Origin: the human T2T-CHM13v2.0 reference genome, Homo sapiens
Assembly: GCF_009914755.1 (NCBI RefSeq)
Contig: NC_060928.1
Reading direction: 5' to 3' (one strand)
DNA: 64,000 bases
The notes below the pieces were generated by a model. The model did no database searches. It was given only the letters and a program-made list of their open reading frames with translations, and was not told where the DNA came from. Shown here in pieces: positions 54,814 through 64,000 of the stretch. Each line of letters starts with the position of its first letter. The stretch's first letter is position 1. Both the position numbers and the translations under genes were made by a program.

Positions 54814-55700
54814 GGGGAGTAACAACAGCATAATGTTAGAGGTGCCTAGTATTCATTCCCCTTACAAGAAAAAACCAAGGCAATGAATACACAGCTAAGA
54901 TTTGACTGGAGTGTGGGAAGGAGCACCTTGGAAGGCAGCAAAGAGGTGGAGATGCACCTGTGGTAAATGGAAGTCCAGGAGGGCAGCACGCAGGCACTCA
55001 GCCTCTGAAGCTCTGTCTGCCCCACCCAGATTAGATATGTCTGAAGTCAGGAGACACTTCCTGTTCTGGCAAAAATCTGAGTAGAAGACCCTTGCCAGCT
55101 TCCATTGCCACTGCCAATACCTACAGTCCTTATAACAAGAGAATTCCACAATCCTTTCAAGCCATGAGCCCAATTGGGAGAACTGTGGGGATTATACTAA
55201 ATTAGCAGTACAAGGTGTGCACTCTCCACCCCCTGCCCACTCCCTATGAGCCAGGCTGCTGCAGCATGGTGCCATCTTGAGACCAGAGTCACCTCTGGTG
55301 TGCACCCTGCTCTGGGAGCCACTAGCCACTGTGCCTCACAAGCACTGGGACTCCATCTTCATCCCACCAAGCCCATAGGTCATTGAACCCCACAACCTCA
55401 TCTGTGCAGAGCCTGGGCCCAAGATCAGCTATGACTCCTGCACTACAGGGAAACCAACTCCTGCTGCCTTACCTCCAGCTGAAGGAACAGTCTGATTGTC
55501 TCATCCAGGGTGAACCCCCCCTTAAGCTGGCGAAAACACTACATGCCATCCTTCAAACAGGAGAAACTTTCAAGCTTCCGTGTAGCTGACATATCCCTGA
55601 GTCAGTGGAATGACTATAGGCCATACTCAGAACCTGAGAAACAATGTAGCAGTGCCACTGCCCCAAGCAGACACACCCCTTGTCTGCCCAATGGCCCTAA
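54814..55700 (+). mobile_element. L1M1/L1M2-type 5' UTR, opposite orientation to the adjacent L1
   Basis: ggggagtaacaacagca...gaggtgcct...acagctaagatttgactggagtgt...cacctgtggt...ggaagtccaggagggcagc...gctgcagcatggtgccatcttgaga resembles the L1MA-era 5' end. Confidence 0.7.
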
Positions 55701-56400
55701 TGATAGGGACAGGAGATAGCGAAATACTGGGTAGAAGAGGGTGGTTCCCTGGCAAAGGCCCCACCCTCAAGCCTGGAAACCCATGGCCCTAAATGGGAAC
55801 AGGCATTCCTATTTTTGCACCCAAAAGTTCCCTTTTGGCCCACCACACTCTGCATCCTGAACCCATATAAACCCCAAATCCCAGGCTCCACGAGCAGATG
55901 AACAGAAGAGCAGAAGAGCAGCAGAGAAGGAGAGAAGAGAAGGAGCATCTGAACGTTGAGAGGAGTTCAGCTGGGAATGATTGGAGATGAGATCGGCGCT
56001 AGATGGCCAAACTCCAGGGGAAGATCATCTTCCCACTCCATCCCCTTTCCAGCTCCCCATCCATCCTGTTGAGAGCCACCTCCACCAATCAATAAAACCC
56101 TCGCATTCACCATCCTTCAAGTCCGTGTGTGACCTGATTTTTCCTGGATGCTGGACAAGAGCTCAGGATACAGAAAGCCCTTGCAAAAAGGCAGAGTGTT
56201 CACTGAGCTGTTTAACACTTAAGCTGTCCATGGACAGCAAAGCTAAAAGAGTGCGCTGTAACACATGCTCACTGGGACTTCAGGAGTCGCAGACACCCAC
56301 CCCTAGATTCTATTGTGGGGCCGGAGCCCAAAAGTGCTCACACCAGCTTCTGCACCTGCCCATCTGCATGCTCCCCGTCATGTAAGGGGTTTGAGTGCCA
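55701..56400 (+). mobile_element. MER50 ERV1 LTR, 3'-truncated
   Basis: tgatagggacaggagatagcgaaatactgggtagaagagggtggttccctggcaaaggccccaccctcaagcctggaaaccc; TATA-like catataa and aataaa; lacks the terminal tttca. Confidence 0.9.
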
Positions 56401-58428
56401 GTAAGCCATCATCCTTTTACTTATTTAACATTTAATATGTATATGGTGTTGGTGCATGATAACATCATGGACCAGATATAATGTTTGTCTCCAAAGAGCT
56501 TGTATAGCTATAGGGAAATAAGACTTAGACACTGGGCAGAGGGAGGTAAAACTGACAATGAGTTGTGGGATATTACAGATAGGAAAGAACATAGGTGTGG
56601 TGTTTTCATTTTTGTCTGCAGGTTACAAAGCTATGCATAAAGAATAGTAGGAATAGTCTTCTGCTCATTATATTGACAAATGTGATTTTTAAAAAGCCAA
56701 GGTAAATTGATGTATTTTTAGAAACATGAAAAATACTTACAAAAATACTTTTAACATTTAAAAAAATATTGCTAGCATAAAGAAAGTGGGAGAGTGGTCC
56801 TTCTGGCCAAAAATGCCATTTGACTTCTTGTCATGCAGCCACTGGCTACATTTTTTATACCTTTTCTGACCCTCCAGTTTCCACTTCTGTCACTACATTT
56901 TTCCATTTCTAATATCACACTGCATGCTGATTTTTGACTTTTGGAACTGATGGCATTTTCACCCTATAAAAGTGTCATAAAGACACATTAATATTCAAAT
57001 GATCACTTATTTTGTAAATAGGGAATTTTTGCATATATTAAACCAGTAGCTTTCACTTCACTTCACATAAGTCATGTTTCTTTGTGGTTGTCCATTTTCA
57101 AATCTGTGCCACAAGACTATGTACTGGGAAGGAGAAAATGAGAATTACCACAAACAAAAAAAAAAAGTGATAGACTCTGAATCAGAGTTCACTTTCTTGA
57201 CCTCTCTAGTGAGATAATAGTCTTGAAAGGCAGGCTTCGTGGAAAGAGAAATTTCTTTTCATTGTTTTATTTTTTCCAAATCTATTTTTTAAAACTTTTC
57301 TATTTAGAAATAATTTTAGACTCAAAGGAAAGTTGCAGAAATCAGAGTTCCTGCATACCCTTTAACAGCTTCCCCCAGTGTTAACATTTTACATTACCAT
57401 AGTAAGAGTATGAAAACCAGGAAATTAACAGTGACATAAAACTGTCACCTTATCTATGAATCTTTATCCAGTTTCACCAGATTTCCTATTAAAGTGTTTT
57501 TCTTGTCAAGGATCCAATCCAGGCTCCCACATTGCATTTGGTTGTATTGTCTCCTTGGTTTTGTCCAATATTAGACCCACCTTGAGTCTTTCCTTTCTTT
57601 CTTTTCTTTTTTTTAAATTTCATGGCTAACACACTTAAAGAGAACTGGTCAGTTATTTATAGAATATCCCTTAATTTGGAATGGTCTTTCTTTTAATTAT
57701 TACATTGAGGTTGTGCCATTTTGGCAAGAATGCCACTGAAGCGATGTGCCCATCTTAGCTCATCATATCAGTGGGCACATGATGTCGATATGCCTTATTA
57801 CTGGTGATGTTAGCCTGTGTCACTCAATTAAGGTGATGTCTGCCAGGTTTCTCAATTATGAAGCCACTATTTTTCCCTTGACAATCACTGAATATCTTCT
57901 GGGGAGATACTTGAAGACTATGCAAATATTTCACTTCTTGCCATATTTTTGCACACTAATTTGAGCAGCCATTGATTGTTCTTGCCTGCAACATTTATTA
58001 CTGTGCTGTTGCCTAATGGTTATTTTTTATTTTCCCTACTTCTAAATTTATTCATTGGTAATCCATTGTAAGAAGTTGTCCCTTCTCCCTCATTTACTTA
58101 TTTATTCAATTATTTGTTTACATTAGCATGAACTCATGGGTCATCATTTGATACTATCATAACTTACTTTGTTGCTCAAATTTAACTAGCTCTGGTCTTT
58201 GGGAGATCCTTCATGTTGCTTCTCTGTCTTTTCAACATGTCCCCAGATTTTTTTGAGTACATTCTCACTTGGCAACATGAGTTTTCCTGGATTGTCTTTT
58301 ATTTCCCTTGCCCTAGCTCTGGAATCACCATTTCCCTGGAGTTAATTCTGTAGCCTTGATTTCTTTTATTCAGGAATGGTATTTACAGCTAAGATCTGGG
58401 CAGATATGCTATTGCTATAAGGGGTTAT

Positions 58429-59177
58429 TGAAACAGGAAATCTTCCCTGACCCCTTCACAGGACTTGTGAAGGGGGTAATTCATTTACTGAGCCCACAGC
58501 TCTCAATCCCTCATGGGATGGGGAGCATGCAGGTGAGTGGGTACAGGGGCTGGCATGAGTGCTTCTGGGCACTGGCAGGAACAGAACTTCGTGTGGCCCT
58601 GTAGCAGCATCTGCAGGGGGTACCTGTGACCCATGGAGCCTTAGAAGGTGTGTGTTACAGTTGTGCTCTTTTAGCTTTGCCCTCTGGTGATGGCTTAAGT
58701 GTTTAACAGCTCAGTGTGACAGCCCTCTGTATCCTGAGCTCTTGTTTGGTGTCCAGGAAGAAGCAAGTTGCATGAACGAATTGAGGATGCTAAATGCAGG
58801 GGATTTTGTTGCCGATGAAAGTGGCTCTCAGTATAATGGAGAGCTGGAAAGGGGATGGAGTGGGAAGGTGGTTTTCCCTGGAGTACAGCCATCCTGGGCC
58901 AAACTCTTCTCTGAGATCCCACCATCAAGCCGTCCCTCTGAAATCAAGCTGCTTCTCCTCAACATCAAGCTGCTTTTTCTCTTCTTTCCTTTGCTGTTGC
59001 CAGTGGAGCCTGGGGTTTTTATGGGTACACGATAGGGGGTGGAAAAGGCAACATTCAAGAGGGAAAACAGGAATGCATGTTCTCACTTTGGGCTGAGGTT
59101 CCAGGCTTGAGGGTGGGGCTTCAACAGGGACCCCACCCTCTTCTACCCACTATTTTCCCTGCCTCCTGTCCATATCA
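58429..59177 (-). mobile_element. MER50B-like ERV1 solo LTR, full length
   Basis: tgaaacaggaaatcttccctgacccc...aggcttgagggtgggg...ccctcttctacccactattttccctgcctcctgtccatatca; 4-bp TSD ttat/gtat. Confidence 0.9.
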
Positions 59178-59636
59178 GTATTGTCTCTAGTCCTGCTCAG
59201 TCAACAGAAGTAGGATATATATACATCCATCCGTAAGTATACATATTAAAAATTATACATTTATACCTCTGATTCCAACCCAACACCACTGGTTTCATTC
59301 TAGCCTTTCTGTTCTTTGTAACTTCTTTTGCTGATAGTGAGGAACTAGCTCATTATATTTACTTAAGTTTTGATCCTAGTATATACACAAACTAGTTTTG
59401 GAATAATCAACCTACATTAGCCTAGAATACAGAATTTGGGTTCAATTTTTTTTTGTCATTAGCCTTACAGTATTCATGCAAAATACTCTTTTCCAAAGAT
59501 ATTTAGATTAGTTCTTTCTTCACCACTCTCTTCACTTTGATTATGTTAGTTATTTGTGATATAGTTAGGTTCATTTGTCACTGTTTGTCTTCCATTTGAG
59601 GTTCCTATCACATCCTGGTTTATTTTTAATTATTTA

Positions 59637-59638
<2 letters not shown>

Positions 59639-59669
<31 letters not shown>
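59639..59669. repeat. (GT)15 microsatellite
   Basis: Perfect GT run. Confidence 0.95.
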
Positions 59670-59671
<2 letters not shown>

Positions 59672-60828
59672 CCATTACCATGGTTCTAAGAATCAGAACT
59701 ATGAAAAAAAAAGTATTCTCAGAGAAACATTTCTTCCGCATTCGGCCTTGTCCTATTGTTCTTTCCACCCTGTTCTCACTCACCCCCTCTAGGTAACCAA
59801 TCTCATTAACTTCTGGTTTATCTTTCCTGTGTTTATTTTGCATTTGTACAAATGAGCAGATATGTGTATATTTTCTTTCTCCTTTTATACACAAAGGTTA
59901 GCACTATAGATAATCTTTTTTACTTTGCTTTTTTGTAAAAAAATAATAACAGTATATCCTGGAAATCACAGACATTTTCCATATTCTTTTTTACTGCTGC
60001 ATAGTGCTCCATTGTATGAAGGTAACTTCATTTATCCAACAACTGTCCTCTGTATAATAATTTTGGTTGCTTCCAATTTTTTTGCAATTACAAACAATGC
60101 TGCAATGACTAACCTTGGACATATTCGTCTGTGTGTGTGTATGATTGGGGGTGTATCTGCAGGGTAGATTTCTAGAAGTGAGATTGCAGGCCCAAAAGGT
60201 AAGTGCATGTGTAGTTTTGTTAGGTTTTGCCAAAATTCCCTCCAGAAAGCTTCTACCAGTTTGCATTGTGTGAAATTATCTATTTCCTTATAGCCTCCTG
60301 ACAGAATATATCCTCACACTTTTTTATTTTTTCTGATATAAGAAGTACAACATGGTATCACAGTATTGTTTTGATTTTATTTCTGTAATTATAAGTGAAT
60401 TTGAACGTTCTAACCTTTTAAAAACATTTCTGTTCATGTATTTTGCCGTCTTGCTATGAGGTTTTTGTCCTTTGTCTCATAACACTTTGATATATTTTCT
60501 CCCGGTTTGTCCATTGTCATTTGACTCTATTTACTCTTGGTATGTAATTTAAAAAACATTTTTGTAGTCAAAATTTTTTTTTATTTTATTGCTTCTGGAT
60601 TTTGAATTATAGTTAGAAAGCCTTTCTCATATCTAGGTTGAAAAGCAATCCCCCCGTGCTTTTTTCTAGGATTTTTATGGTTCCGTCCCTTGTTTTCTAT
60701 TTAGATTCCTAATCCTCTTGGAGCACATTTTTGTTTATGGTGTAAGTTACAGATCTAATTTTATCTTTTTTCCCCAGTGGATGCCCAATTGTTTGAGCAC
60801 TATTTATTATTATAAAGTCCATCTTTGA

Positions 60829-61194
<366 letters not shown>

Positions 61195-61560
61195 TTACAT
61201 TTCCAGATTAACTTGTGTCTATTTCTAAGCTTTCTATTCTATTCCACTGGTCTATTTGTTTATTCTTGTACTAGCACCACACTTTTAATTATAGAGAATT
61301 TATAGTATGTTTTAATTCCTGATATATGACTTATCCCCAAATTGATTTTTCTTTTGAGTGTGTCCTGGCTACTGTTATGTGTTTGTTTTTCTATATGAAC
61401 TGTAATATTAGCTTGTCTAACTTCATGAAGAAGCTTGTTGGTATTTTCTTTGAGACTGTCCTAAATATATAAATTGATTTAGGGAGAGCTGACATATTTA
61501 TAATATTGAGTTGCATTATTCAAGAACAGAAGATGTCTTTCCATTTGTTCAAGTCTACCT

Positions 61561-63780
61561 GTCTATTCTTGATACTTCATGTCTTTCAAAAATGCTTCTT
61601 GTCTATTCTTGACTCTTTACTCTTCCATATGCATTAGAATTAACTTGTCAAGTTCTGTTAAAAACTTGTTGATTGAAATTACATTAAATTTATAGATTAA
61701 CTTGATGATAACTGAGATCTTTATGATTTTAAACTTTCTAATTCATGAATAAATATATATCTTCATTTATTTCACTTTTCTTTTAGTCTTAAATATATTT
61801 TTATAATTTTTATAATAATAAAAAATATATTTTTATAATTTTCCTTCATAGAGTCTTGTATATCTATTGCTAGATTATTCCTAGGTCCTTATTTGCATTT
61901 GCTTTTTGTTGTTGTTATTGTAAATGGAATCTATTTTAAAATTACATTTTCCTAATTGTGGCTGATGTATAAGAACGTTATTTATATATGCATGTTGATA
62001 TTTTAATCCATCAGCATTGCTGAACTCACATCATCTATGAATAATTACAGTCCTGTTTCTTTCTTCCCAATCCTTTACTCCTTTTATGCCTTGTCTTATT
62101 GTGCTGTTTAATATCCTTTAGAACAAAATTAAATAGAAGTGATTATAATGGGTATTCTTCCTTTGTTCAGAACTTAAACAGGAGTATTTCTGAATTTCAT
62201 CATGCAGTATAATATTTGCTGTACAGTTTTGGTTGATAACCTTTATTAGTTTAAGAAAGTTCCCTTCTTTTTTTGTTAGCTATCAGTTTAATCATGAAAA
62301 GGTTATTGAAGTCTACAAAATATTTGTTCTGCATGTATTGAAATGTGTATATATTTTCTCTCTTTATATAAAATTGTGTTTTTAAATAATTATATTATAG
62401 TTGTGAGTTATTAATAATTTTAAATATATTAACATATGTTAATGTAATTAAATACAATGCTGGAATCCATTTGCTAATATTTTATTTAAAGTTTTTTGTC
62501 TTTGCTTTGGAATGTGATTGGCCTTTCAGTTTTGTCTGTTTATTAGAATCAAGGTATATCTGCCTCATGAAAGGTATGTGTTTGTTTGTTTTTCCTTTCT
62601 ATTCTCTGAAAGAGTTTTGGATTATCTATTCCTTTAGTGTATGGTAGAACACTCCTAAAAAACTTTTGGGCTGGTGTTTTTTAATGGGTAGATTTTAATT
62701 ACTGATTCAGTTTCTTTGGTTGTTCAATAGTTTATTCAGATTTTCTGTTTCTTTTTTGAGTTAGTTTTGGTTCTACATTTGTTTTGAAGAAATTGCCTGT
62801 TTTACTTATTTTCTAATTAATTTGTAATATAGTTGTTCAAAGCATTATTTTATGATTGTTAAATATCAACCGTATTTGTAACTATGTCTTCTTTTGTTCA
62901 CAGCACCTTTTTTTTTTTTTTTGTCTGAGTCCCACTCTGTCGCCCATGCTGGAGTGCAGTGGCGCGATCTCGGCTCACTGCAAACTCCACCTCCTGGGTT
63001 CAGGTGATTCTCTCACCTCAGCCTCCTGAGTAGCTGTTCACAGAACCTTTTATTCTTACTCTTTCATTAAAAATCTTGCTAAAAGTTTGTCAATTTTCAA
63101 TGAAACAAATTTAGGATTGTGATACTTGCTATTGTTTCATTGTCTTTAGTTCATTGATTTTCAGTCATATCTTTATCATTTTCTTCCCTCTATTCAACTT
63201 GCCTATCGTGGATACGTTTTTTTTTTTTTTTTTCCCTTCTAATTTCTTGGGTTGTATGTTTGGCTCATTAATTTTCAACTCCTTTATGTCAAAGGCAGGA
63301 TTTTAAGACAATAAATTTTCCTTTAACTGTAACTATAGCTGCACCTCACACATTTTTACAAATAGTTTCAGTTACAACTCAGTACTAGATATTTTTTAAT
63401 GTCTGTTATCATTTATTTCCTGTTTAATTAATGATTTACCTAAAAGCATTTTCAAAAACTTATTGCCATAAATGTATTCAGTCTTTTTCCTTTTCTAATA
63501 GCTTGAAACTAGAAGTTGAATAAGATCTTGCCCAGAAAAAAAGCATGTTTTTAAATCCCCAAATTTATAGAGTTCTTTTTGCTTTTTAAAAGATTATTGA
63601 TTTATAACTTAATAGCATTATGGTTGATGACTTGGTTTATATGATATCAGTTCTTTGCTATATGTTGAGATGTGTTTTGTGGCCTAAAATGTGGTCAATT
63701 TCTGCAAACGTACAATGTGCACTTAAACAGAACATACATTCTTTTTTTATTAGGTACGGAAATCCATATATGTCAATTTA
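61561..63780 (-). mobile_element. Very old L1M ORF2 remnant
   Basis: T-rich antisense ORF2 relics (ttgattgaaattacattaaatttatagattaac, aagaaagttcccttc, tgtggcctaaaatgtggtcaattt). Confidence 0.7.
62908..63036 (-). mobile_element. 5'-truncated AluS right arm
   Basis: poly-T, then ctctgtcgcccatgctggagtgcagtggcgcgatctcggctcactgca...cagcctcctgagtagctg; 17-bp TSD tgttcacag(c/a)acctttt. Confidence 0.93.
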
Positions 63781-64000
63781 TATAAGTGGTTCCAATCCTT
63801 TTAATGACATCTCATATATAGAAAATTCTAATATTTGTACAGCACAGTAGCATAAGTTGGAGTTGATTTGAAAATGTCTTGCAGGGCTTACTAAAATATT
63901 TATTGTACCTTTTAAAATTTTATATAATTACAAGGAAAAATACAAAGTATTAGATAAGACATTGTTAAATTTTTATAAGCCTAAATAAAACACTTTCAGA

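Noticed and set aside
55981-56385. Longest ORF in the window (134 aa)
   Set aside because: Lies wholly within the MER50 LTR, starts at a non-ATG codon and has no recognisable domain
55701-59177. Provirus bounded by two MER50 LTRs
   Set aside because: The LTRs are inverted and of different subtypes; the interval is L1MC and unique DNA with no PBS, gag or pol

Overview
This is primate genomic DNA (human or great-ape-like, because it carries AluY, AluS, AluJ, L1PA, THE1/MST and MER50 elements). It is moderately AT-rich, CpG-depleted and has no CpG island, consistent with an intergenic or large-intron region. I cannot support any protein-coding gene, tRNA, rRNA or snRNA. The ORFs I can recognise are decayed L1 ORF2 pieces or Alu/LTR read-through, and the rest look like chance frames. 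Much of the window is layered transposon sequence: L2, MIR, L1MC/L1MA/L1PA, MaLR/ERVL/ERV1 solo LTRs, MER63/MER46C DNA elements and 12 Alu copies, many with readable target-site duplications (TSDs). Unique blocks between them contain motif clusters that look like enhancers. The most notable observations are: (1) a perfect 28-bp palindrome with two overlapping octamers inside an MLT1 LTR; (2) a head-to-head L1MA inversion with twin-priming geometry plus an inferred large deletion near 56.4 kb; (3) a tail-less Alu fragment bounded by TSDs; (4) an inverted MER50/MER50B pair next to MER21; (5) a 51-bp local duplication; and (6) several speculative splice-site pairs. I do not see convincing evidence of a new biological system. 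Subfamily names come from remembered consensus sequences, and boundaries of old repeats are approximate.
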